A stretch of 24,000 nucleotides of DNA from Luxibacter massiliensis (GCF_900604355.1 NZ_UWOE01000001.1:292617-316616); one strand, 5' to 3'. Shown: positions 10,356-17,616, numbered from the stretch's first letter. Notes: a model not told the origin generated them from the sequence alone. Made by a program: numbers and translations.

Positions 10356-11275
10356 ACCTGAAACAGTTAGAGGCATTTGTATCAGTAGCCGAGGAGGGAA
10401 GCTTTTCAAAAGCGGCAAAGGCCTTGTTCTTGACGCAGCCAACTGTGAGCGCGCACATTTCTTCTTTGGAGCAGGAATTAAATGTCCGCCTGTTTGTGAG
10501 AAATACGAAAGAGGTGAATTTATCTGACAGCGGCAGGATATTGTATGAGTACGCAAAACAGATGGTTGTTCTGGAGAAAAAGATAGAGGCGGCGTTTGAT
10601 GGGACGAGAAAAGAGGAAGGGCACAGCATCAGGATTGCCGCTTCAACTGTTCCTGCCCAGTATCTGCTGCCGTCTATACTCACAGCTTTTAGCAGGAAGT
10701 ATCCCAGGGAGCAGCTGAAGATTACAGAGACAGATAGTGCGGGAGTCGTGGAACAGATTGTAAACCACAATGCAGATATAGGTTTTACAGGCACTGTCCT
10801 GGAGAAAAAGCATTGCTGCTATATTCCTTTTTACAGAGATGAGCTAATTGTAATAACCCCCAATACAGAAAAATTCAGATTTCTTAAGGAGAAAGACGGG
10901 ATAAATACTGAGGACAGATCATGGATTCAGAATGAACCCGTTATTATGCGTGAGGAAGGATCTGGGACGCGCAAGGAGGCGGAGAGACTTTTGAAAAGTG
11001 TTGGGATAGCGGTGAGGGATCTGAACATTGTGGCGACTATAGAGAACCAGGAGACGATTAAGCGGCTGGTGGGCAGTGGGACTGGCATTTCTATTATTTC
11101 CCGGCTGGCGGCTGAAGAAGAAATAGAGGAAGAAAAGGTGCTCAGCTTTCCCCTGGGAGGAGAAGATGAAAGGAGGAATATCAATGTTATTTATAATAAA
11201 AACCTCCAGCTTACAGCTACAGGAGAAAGTTTTCTGCGTATGGTCAGGAAGGTCTATCCAGAGAATGCTGTCTGA
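10352..11275 (+). CDS. LysR family transcriptional regulator, coupled to selB
   Basis: N-terminal LysR HTH (MNLKQLEAFVSVAEEGSFSKAAKALFLTQPTVSAHISSLE) plus a substrate-binding domain. Its ATG overlaps the selB stop (ATGA at 10352-10355). Confidence 0.85.
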   Translation: MNLKQLEAFVSVAEEGSFSKAAKALFLTQPTVSAHISSLEQELNVRLFVRNTKEVNLSDSGRILYEYAKQMVVLEKKIEAAFDGTRKEEGHSIRIAASTVPAQYLLPSILTAFSRKYPREQLKITETDSAGVVEQIVNHNADIGFTGTVLEKKHCCYIPFYRDELIVITPNTEKFRFLKEKDGINTEDRSWIQNEPVIMREEGSGTRKEAERLLKSVGIAVRDLNIVATIENQETIKRLVGSGTGISIISRLAAEEEIEEEKVLSFPLGGEDERRNINVIYNKNLQLTATGESFLRMVRKVYPENAV

Positions 11276-11339
11276 GGCCGAGATATTGCTGAAGTCTGAG
11301 TAGGATAAAATTTAAAGGCACACGGCTGTACAGATTTCT

Positions 11340-11590
11340 ATACCCAAAGGGCACCCCATAAAGCAGGCCCCCAAAGGGCGGGCGGACTGTGTCCGACAAG
11401 GCATACCCAAAGGGCACCCCATAAAGCAGGCCCTCAAAGGGCGGGCGGACTGTGTCCGACAAGGTATACCCAAAGGGCACCCCATAAAGCAGGCCCCCAA
11501 AGGGCGGGCGGACTGTGTCCGACAAGGTATACCCAAAGGGCACCCCATAAAGCAGGGCTCAAGGGGCGGACGGACTGTGTCCGACAAGGT
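11340..11590. repeat. Tandem array 1: four head-to-tail copies of a 63-bp GC-rich unit
   Basis: Units are 11340-11402, 11403-11465, 11466-11528 and 11529-11590 (62 bp). Consensus is ATACCCAAAGGGCACCCCATAAAGCAGGCCCCCAAAGGGCGGGCGGACTGTGTCCGACAAGGT. Copies 1-3 differ by 1-2 nt. There are no unique spacers. Confidence 0.95.
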
Positions 11591-11618
11591 ATATCTTTTG
11601 GGGCATGGATGTAATAAA

Positions 11619-11647
11619 TTGGCTGTAGGCCTTTAGCAGGGTATATA
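11619..11647 (+). promoter_or_regulatory. Candidate sigma-A promoter for the desulfurase-yedE operon
   Basis: TTGGCT (11619-11624), 17 nt spacer, TATATA (11642-11647). It starts 28 nt after the end of repeat array 1. Confidence 0.35.
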
Positions 11648-11745
11648 TAGGGGATATCTATATATACTCTTTATTTATGTTGGTTTTCAATTAGACTCTG
11701 CCTGTGGCGGAGAGTATACTAAAAATGTACATGGGGGATAAAGAT

Positions 11746-12882
11746 ATGATTTATATGGATAATGCAGCAACAACAATGCAGAAGCCAAGGGAAGTGTCAG
11801 AGGCGGTGGTTCAGGCCCTGAACTCTATCGGAAATGCAGGCCGTGGGGCGACGGAAGCAGCTTTAAGTGCATCCAGGGTTATTTACGAGACGAGAGAGAG
11901 GCTTGGCCGCTTTTTTCATGCAGAGAATCCCAGGCGTATTGTGTTTACTGCAAATTCAACAGAAAGTTTGAATATCGCCATAAAAGGTGTTTTAAATCCA
12001 AATGACCATGTAGTTACTACAGTGCTGGAACATAATTCAGTACTGCGCCCATTGTACGAGTGCCAGGAGCATGGGACAAAGCTGACTATTGTGGACTGTG
12101 ATGAAAAAGGGCGCATTTCTTGTGAAATGCTTGAGGATGCTATTAGGGATGATACAAAAGCTGTGGTGTGTACTCATGGTTCTAATCTGACTGGCAATAT
12201 GACTGATATAGAAGAAATCGGGAGGATTGCAAAGAGGCATGGTGTGTTATTCATAGTAGACGCATCCCAGACAGCGGGGGTATTTCCTATAGATGTACAG
12301 AAGATGGGGATTGACATCCTTTGCTTTACTGGGCATAAAAGTTTGCTGGGCCCCCAAGGAACGGGAGGGATGTATGTGAAGGAGGGAGTGGATGTACGCC
12401 CTCTTTTAAGCGGAGGCAGCGGAGTAGATACATATAACACACATCATCCGTCAGATATGCCTACAGCTTTGGAGGCAGGGACTCTGAACGGCCATGGGAT
12501 AGCCGGGTTGGGAGCTGCACTTCTGTATCTGGAGCAGACGGGCATCGACAGTATCAGAGCCACGGAGCTGAGTCTGATGAGGCGCTTTTATGAAGGGATT
12601 TCTGCGGTACCTGGCGTAGAAGTCTATGGGGACTTCGGGACAGATATGAGATGTCCCATTGTTTCCTTTAACATCAGAGATTATGATTCTTCAGAAGTGA
12701 GTGACGAATTATTTGTAACCTACGGCATAGCAACCAGGCCTGGCGCCCACTGTGCGCCCTTAATGCACCAGGCGCTGGGGACCGAGGGACAGGGAGCCGT
12801 GAGGTTCAGCTTTTCTCACTATAATACGGAAGAGGAGATTGATTTCGCAATTCAGGCAATTAGAGAATTGGCAGAAGAGTAG
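11746..12882 (+). CDS. Class V aminotransferase-fold cysteine desulfurase / selenocysteine lyase-like protein
   Basis: PLP lysine motif FTGHKSLLGPQG and the active-site loop RPGAHCAP (NifS/CsdB-type Cys). I prefer ATG 11746 (MIYMDNAATT) after GGGGGA. The track start at 11704 is a GTG. Confidence 0.8.
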   Translation: MIYMDNAATTMQKPREVSEAVVQALNSIGNAGRGATEAALSASRVIYETRERLGRFFHAENPRRIVFTANSTESLNIAIKGVLNPNDHVVTTVLEHNSVLRPLYECQEHGTKLTIVDCDEKGRISCEMLEDAIRDDTKAVVCTHGSNLTGNMTDIEEIGRIAKRHGVLFIVDASQTAGVFPIDVQKMGIDILCFTGHKSLLGPQGTGGMYVKEGVDVRPLLSGGSGVDTYNTHHPSDMPTALEAGTLNGHGIAGLGAALLYLEQTGIDSIRATELSLMRRFYEGISAVPGVEVYGDFGTDMRCPIVSFNIRDYDSSEVSDELFVTYGIATRPGAHCAPLMHQALGTEGQGAVRFSFSHYNTEEEIDFAIQAIRELAEE

Positions 12883-12894
12883 GAGGGAAATCAA

Positions 12895-13992
12895 ATGAAT
12901 TTATCGGATTCAAAAGGAAAACTGGCCATTGCCGGTGTAATTTGCGGTCTTGTTGCTGTGTGCCTGGCTATTTTTGGGAACCCGGCAAACATGGCATTTT
13001 GTATTGCGTGTTTTATCCGTGACACGGCGGGCGCCCTGGGGATGCATCAGGCGGAGGCGGTGCAGTACGCAAGGCCTGAGATCATTGGATTAGTGCTGGG
13101 GGCATTTCTTATTTCAGTAGCTACAAAAGAGTACCGCTCCACCGCAGGTTCATCTCCTATGATACGGTTTGTGCTGGGGATGATTATTATGATAGGATCA
13201 CTCGTATTCTTAGGGTGTCCACTGCGTATGATTATAAGGATGTCAGCCGGTGACCTTAATGCATGGGTAGCGCTGATTGGGTTTATTTTAGGGATTGCAA
13301 CAGGCGTGTTTGCATTAAAGAAAGGGTTCAGCCTTGGCCGTGCACATGTCACAGGTAAAATGAGCGGGGGTGTGCTTTCGGTTCTTATGCTGGCAATTCT
13401 GGTGCTTGCACTGGCAACATCACTTTTAAAAGCAAGCGAGTCTGGCCCGGGAAGTATGCATGCGCCTTTGATCTTGTCATTAGTAGGCGGATTGATTTTT
13501 GGGGCTATGGCTCAAAAGTCCAGGATGTGTTTTGCCGGAGGGATCCGGGATGTCATCCTTATGAAGAATTTTGACTTACTGACAGTTATCGGGGGAATAT
13601 TTGTAGTAATGCTTATATTTAACATTGCTACCGGAAGATTCATACTGGGATTTGATACACCGGGAATCATTGCACACTCTGAACATTTGTGGAACATTCT
13701 TGGTATGTATACTGTAGGGTTTGCTGCAGTTCTTGCAGGAGGATGCCCTCTCAGGCAGCTGATACTTGCAGGGCAGGGTTCCTCTGATTCAGCCGTGACG
13801 GTAGTGGGAATGTTTATTGGGGCAGCAATCTGCCATAACTTCGGCCTAGCAGCCAGCGGTACAGCCTTAAATGCAGAGACAAACGAGGTAGTTGCAGGGG
13901 CAGTGCCTTTGTATGGAAAGATTGCAGTAATAATTTGTATAATAGTATGTTTTATTATTGCTTTCACCAATAAGAGGGAGCAGGCTAAATAG
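12895..13992 (+). CDS. yedE: YedE/YeeE family membrane protein (putative selenium/sulfur transporter)
   Basis: Multi-TM protein with the paired Cys-containing motifs of the YeeE/YedE family (FCIACFIRD, MCFAGGIRD, GGCPLRQLILAG). GGAGGG lies 7 nt upstream of the ATG. Confidence 0.8.
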   Translation: MNLSDSKGKLAIAGVICGLVAVCLAIFGNPANMAFCIACFIRDTAGALGMHQAEAVQYARPEIIGLVLGAFLISVATKEYRSTAGSSPMIRFVLGMIIMIGSLVFLGCPLRMIIRMSAGDLNAWVALIGFILGIATGVFALKKGFSLGRAHVTGKMSGGVLSVLMLAILVLALATSLLKASESGPGSMHAPLILSLVGGLIFGAMAQKSRMCFAGGIRDVILMKNFDLLTVIGGIFVVMLIFNIATGRFILGFDTPGIIAHSEHLWNILGMYTVGFAAVLAGGCPLRQLILAGQGSSDSAVTVVGMFIGAAICHNFGLAASGTALNAETNEVVAGAVPLYGKIAVIICIIVCFIIAFTNKREQAK

Positions 13993-14028
13993 AAGAGAAG
14001 TTGTTAAAAAGGTGACAATTAAGCCTAA

Positions 14029-14064
14029 AGGGGTCTGTCCCTTTTGCAAAAGGGACAGACCCCT
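14029..14064. repeat. Perfect 36-nt palindrome within the operon (between yedE and the tusA-like gene)
   Basis: AGGGGTCTGTCCCTTTTGCAAAAGGGACAGACCCCT. Its 20-nt core GTCCCTTTTGCAAAAGGGAC (14037-14056) recurs at 22053-22072. No clean U-tract follows. Confidence 0.9.
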
Positions 14065-14134
14065 TCGGGGTTCATCAGAAAAATAGTTGAATTATAAGTG
14101 ATTTAGTAGTATTCTGAGAAAGAAGGTTAATATT

Positions 14135-14338
14135 ATGAAAGAAGTAGATGCAAGAGGTCTGTCCTGTCCAGAACCTTTGATGATGACAGCGGAGGCTATG
14201 AAAGAGACATCGGGGCCAGTGAAGGTCCTGGTTACAGAGCCGCACCAGAAAATGAACGTGGAAAAATTTGCAAGAGAGCATGGGAGAAAAGCCGCGTCAA
14301 CAGAGACAGAAGATGGCTTCGCAGTAACAATCGAGTAG
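14135..14338 (+). CDS. TusA/SirA-like sulfur (selenium) carrier protein
   Basis: 67 aa with the DARGLSCPEPLMMT (CPxP) motif that defines the TusA/SirA fold. Confidence 0.75.
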   Translation: MKEVDARGLSCPEPLMMTAEAMKETSGPVKVLVTEPHQKMNVEKFAREHGRKAASTETEDGFAVTIE

Positions 14339-14339
14339 A

Positions 14340-14576
14340 ATGAGAAAAAAAGAATTAAAACTGGTAGTCACATTTCACACAACAGCAGATGCTATGGCTA
14401 TGGAAAGTGCATGTAAAGGGATGAAAATCCCTGGGAGGCTGATTCCCGTGCCTCGCAGCCTGTCCGCCGGGTGCGGACTTTCCTGGTGTGCACAGCTTGA
14501 AGATAAATCTGTGCTTGAGGAAATGATGGAAGCAACTGCTATTGAATACGAAGCCATACAGGAATGTATGGTATAA
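14340..14576 (+). CDS. DUF3343-like small protein (putative Se/S carrier)
   Basis: 78 aa. The pattern FHTTADAMAME..CKG..IPGRLIPVPRSLSAGCGLSW matches my recollection of DUF3343. The start lies 1 nt after the upstream stop (TAGAATG). Confidence 0.6.
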   Translation: MRKKELKLVVTFHTTADAMAMESACKGMKIPGRLIPVPRSLSAGCGLSWCAQLEDKSVLEEMMEATAIEYEAIQECMV

Positions 14577-14590
14577 AAGGCCTTAAAAAG

Positions 14591-14662
14591 AGCCGGCACA
14601 GTAGACGCTGTTGCCATCACTATGTTTAGAGATGGCAGCAGATTCTCATGTGTCGGCTTTTT
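14591..14662. terminator. Bidirectional intrinsic terminator between convergent operons
   Basis: The outer stem AGCCGGCACA (14591-14600) pairs with TGTGTCGGCT (14649-14658) and encloses the inner stem CTGTTGCCATC/GATGGCAGCAG. It is flanked by AAAAAG on the left and TTTTTG on the right. Confidence 0.6.
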
Positions 14663-14715
14663 GAGTATACTTAAGGGCCGTGCTAATCAAACAGCCTTTT
14701 CTGGAAATAAAAGGG

Positions 14716-15321
14716 TCATGCTTTGCCTTTTTGTCCTATACCCTGTTTAAACCCATCCAGCACATGTGGCAGCAGCCTGTCGCTGTATGCGGAAAGTGAG
14801 TAATTGCCTCCGCAGAGTGCCCAGTCATATAGAAGTCCTCTCTCATACATAGTATATATTTTAATCAAGTCCTCTGAGGCTGAAGTATGGCTAAATTCGC
14901 CAGAGTGTATACCTTCTGTTATAATTTCGGATATTAGTTGGAAATAATAGCGGTCATCGTCCAGCAGCGAGCGGTTGTCCCGGGTAACCAGCTGTGAGGA
15001 GTATAAGGAGGCCAGCAAATTTAAATCAATACTGGTCTCAATCATATAAAACAGCTCGTGGTTGAGGAGCAGTAGTTTGTCTCTGGAAGAAAGGGTTTTA
15101 TCAAGGGATGCATTTATTTCTTCGTATTTTTGGTCAAAAAGATCAGACAATGTGGAAAGCAGAGCATCCTTTCCCTTGAAGTAGTGGTAAAAGGTTCCTT
15201 TTGATGTTTTGGAAAGTTTGATAATATCCTCTACAGTCGTATCATCGTATCCATTTTTGTAAAATAAATTCCAGGCGGCTTTTACGATTCTGCTTTTTGT
15301 ACTTTGTTTTTTACGGGGCAT
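14716..15321 (-). CDS. TetR/AcrR family transcriptional regulator
   Basis: N-terminal TetR HTH (RIVKAAWNLFYKNGYDDTTVEDIIKLSKTSKGTFYHYFKGKDAL). SD AAGGAGAG lies upstream. Confidence 0.85.
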   Translation of the reverse strand: MPRKKQSTKSRIVKAAWNLFYKNGYDDTTVEDIIKLSKTSKGTFYHYFKGKDALLSTLSDLFDQKYEEINASLDKTLSSRDKLLLLNHELFYMIETSIDLNLLASLYSSQLVTRDNRSLLDDDRYYFQLISEIITEGIHSGEFSHTSASEDLIKIYTMYERGLLYDWALCGGNYSLSAYSDRLLPHVLDGFKQGIGQKGKA

Positions 15322-15403
15322 AATAATCTCACTCTCCTTATAAAATTTAGATATTCTTTACATAGTAAGTATAACACATCTAAAGGCATTCTTTAACCCT
15401 TGT

Positions 15404-15427
15404 CACTATGAGCGGGAAAACATAGTG
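15404..15427. promoter_or_regulatory. Inverted repeat upstream of tetR, candidate operator
   Basis: CACTATG (15404-15410), 10 nt spacer, CATAGTG (15421-15427). A third half-site, CATAGTA, lies at 15361-15367. All are in the tetR 5' region. Confidence 0.25.
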
Positions 15428-15540
15428 CAATAAAATTCTAAGTTACCGATGTGATAAATATGGAAAAAGAGCTGTTACAAAACGAATTTCAGACAAAATA
15501 ATAGTATTGAAAGAAGACTTAGACTATCTCTTGCCGGATA

Positions 15541-15569
15541 TTAACATTTTGCAACAGCTCCCCTATAAT
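15541..15569 (+). promoter_or_regulatory. Candidate sigma-A promoter firing into repeat array 2
   Basis: TTAACA (15541-15546), 17 nt spacer, TATAAT (15564-15569). The predicted start near 15576 is a few nt before the first repeat unit. Confidence 0.35.
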
Positions 15570-15582
15570 TAAACTTCCACAC

Positions 15583-15876
15583 CTAAAGGACCCCCAAGGG
15601 GCGGGCGGACTTCGTCCGACAAGGTATACCCAAAAGGCACCCCATAAGGCAGGCCCCAAGGGGCGGGCGGACTTCGTACGACGAGGTATACCCAAAGGGC
15701 ACCCCATAAAACAGGCCCCCAAGGGGCAGGCGGACTTCGTCCGACAAGGTATACCCAAAGGGCACCCCATAAGGCAGGCCCCCAAGGGGCGGGCGGACTT
15801 CGTCCGACAAGGTATACCCAAAGGGCACCCCATGAAACAGGCCCCAAAGGGGCGGGCGGACTTCGTCCGACAAGGT
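15583..15876. repeat. Tandem array 2: about 4.7 copies of the same 63-bp unit, in the same orientation as array 1
   Basis: A partial unit at 15583-15625 is followed by 15626-15687 (62 bp), 15688-15750, 15751-15813 and 15814-15876. Consensus is ATACCCAAAGGGCACCCCATAAGGCAGGCCCCCAAGGGGCGGGCGGACTTCGTCCGACAAGGT, about 4 differences per unit from array 1. Confidence 0.95.
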
Positions 15877-15940
15877 ATATTTATTGAACTGGTAATTTTC
15901 AATAAGATATTAGTTTCAAAATTGTATTGGCCTGCAGGCT

Positions 15941-16978
15941 TTACTCTCCGCGGGATACTTTAAAACCATATTTGAGAGGGTCATCAGGGTCGATTACATA
16001 AGTGGACTCTCCTGTGACATAAGCGCTTCCCGTAATTTGAGGAATCACCGCGTGAAACGCCCCAACTGTTGTCTCCTCTTTTATGACTCCTTTAAATTGA
16101 GAACCGATAAAACTTTCATATACAAATGGTTCTCCAATTTTAATCTCTCCCCGTGAGTACAATGTGGCAAGTTTTGCGCTTGTGCCTGTTCCACAGGGGG
16201 ACCGGTCAGCCATATAATCTCCGAAAATTACTACGTTTCGATAATCACATCCTTCTGTCCCTGTGTGGCAGTACAATTCTGCCAGATCTACAGTGGTAAT
16301 ATCCAGTTCGGGATGCTTAATCTCCACTTCCCTATTTACTTGACGTACCAGCTTCATCCCAAAGTCAGTTAGTTTGGGAATGGATTCCTTGTCAACTGTC
16401 CAACCAAGTTGTTCGATATCCACCAGTGCAAAAAAACTTCCCCCGAATGCGATGTCATACTGAACTGATTTTCCGTCGATTACTGTAGTCAGGTTCTCTT
16501 TATATAGAAATGCCGGTACATTGGTGAGGGTGACATTAAGAACTTTATTATTCTTAACTTCTGCCTTTACACGAATAAGTCCGGCTGGAGCGTCCAATAC
16601 TACTTCTGTGTAAGGCTCTTTGGCAGGAACTAAACCTGCCTCAATTAAGGCAGTTGTAGTGCCGATAGTACCGTGGCCGCACATATTAAGATATTCGCCG
16701 GTATCCATGAATATAACACCAAAGTCGGCCTCAGGATTTACTGGCTCTGTGACCAGGGCGCCAAACATGTCGTGGTGCCCTCTGGGTTCAAACATAAGAG
16801 CCTGGCGGTACTTATCAAAATTTTTTGCCAAATACTGCTTGCGCTCCATCATGGTATTTCCTTTCAATTCTGGAAAACCAGACATAATAATACGGGTAAA
16901 TTCCCCCACGGTATGAGTATCGATAGCTTTGAAAGATGCTTCAAATGCGTCCAGGTTGATTTTGGGATTGTAATTCAT
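15941..16978 (-). CDS. prdF: Proline racemase family protein (proline racemase or 4-hydroxyproline epimerase)
   Basis: Both catalytic Cys motifs are present (NMCGHGTIG and DRSPCGTGTSA). AGGAGGAAGG lies upstream. It is adjacent to the prd operon, so proline racemase is favoured. Substrate specificity cannot be decided by eye. Confidence 0.75.
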   Translation of the reverse strand: MNYNPKINLDAFEASFKAIDTHTVGEFTRIIMSGFPELKGNTMMERKQYLAKNFDKYRQALMFEPRGHHDMFGALVTEPVNPEADFGVIFMDTGEYLNMCGHGTIGTTTALIEAGLVPAKEPYTEVVLDAPAGLIRVKAEVKNNKVLNVTLTNVPAFLYKENLTTVIDGKSVQYDIAFGGSFFALVDIEQLGWTVDKESIPKLTDFGMKLVRQVNREVEIKHPELDITTVDLAELYCHTGTEGCDYRNVVIFGDYMADRSPCGTGTSAKLATLYSRGEIKIGEPFVYESFIGSQFKGVIKEETTVGAFHAVIPQITGSAYVTGESTYVIDPDDPLKYGFKVSRGE

Positions 16979-17319
16979 AGTCCTTCCTCCTGATAGGTAG
17001 TTTATAGAATTTGTCTATAAATGATTTCCGGAAATATGTCTAAAATTATCGGCCTTTAAAGGATTTGCATTAATTAAGGAAAATATTCTGTCGGAATATG
17101 CTAATTAGTAATTTCCAAAACCATAAAATAGACTACATTCTAGTATGAAGTTCAGTTTATATTCATTATTATGTATGAAAACCCTTGAAAAGTCAACGAT
17201 TATTTGATAATATAAAAACGTAATAAGGCAAAAATAAATTATTGGATAGTATGTAGGATTTACAAAATTTTTAATGCTTTTTGTCGGCTGGCTGCTTTTT
17301 ATGCCAGTATAGGTGATTT

Positions 17320-17417
17320 GGGGGTAGAAAGGTAACTGGTGTGCCTCCTGGTCTTCAAAACCAGTGTTGGGCGTTTGTAGCGTCCTGGGTGGGTTCGATT
17401 CCCACATACCTCCGCCA
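17320..17417 (+). tRNA. selC: tRNA-Sec (anticodon UCA)
   Basis: 98 nt. The acceptor GGGGGTA pairs with TACCTCC, followed by discriminator G and an encoded CCA. The D stem is extended (AGGTA/TGCCT). The anticodon arm is CTGGT-CTTCAAA-ACCAG with TCA at 17355-17357. The variable arm is long (GGGCG-TTTGTAG-CGTCC). The T arm is GTGGG-TTCGATT-CCCAC. The layout parallels E. coli selC. Confidence 0.85.
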
Positions 17418-17616
17418 AAAAAAATCTGCGGCATATATGCAGATTGATTTATAGATAGTATGAATAATTGAAATACCATGCACCAGACTGTACAGGTTTG
17501 CGCTGAGGCAGAGCCGGGGGGATGGGTAATACCTCCTTTCAGGCGCGGAAAGTTTCAGGCATGGCTGATTTGAGTAAAACTGGTCAGGTAAGAATAAATC
17601 TAAAAGGAGAACGGAC

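Noticed and set aside
11286-11311. A dedicated promoter for array 1 (TTGCTG ... TAAAAT).
   Set aside because: The spacer is only 14 nt, too short for a sigma-A promoter. Array 1 is more likely reached by read-through from the LysR gene, if it is transcribed at all.
11244-11587. Minus-strand ORFs (99 and 91 aa) encoding repetitive Pro/Gly/Cys/Arg-rich peptides such as GVPFGYTLSDTVRPPFGGLLY.
   Set aside because: They coincide exactly with tandem array 1. The 63-bp period equals 21 codons, so the lack of stop codons simply propagates. More than one frame is open at once, there is no SD, and the composition is implausible. They are artefacts of the repeat.
11340-15876. CRISPR interpretation of the two repeat arrays.
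   Set aside because: The entire 63-bp unit repeats head to tail with no unique spacers, no cas genes lie nearby, and the units are longer than typical CRISPR repeats.
15519-15902. Three overlapping minus-strand ORFs (127, 92 and 96 aa) across array 2.
   Set aside because: The reasoning is the same as for array 1. The longest begins at a TTG with no ribosome-binding site, and all three frames are open only within the repeat.
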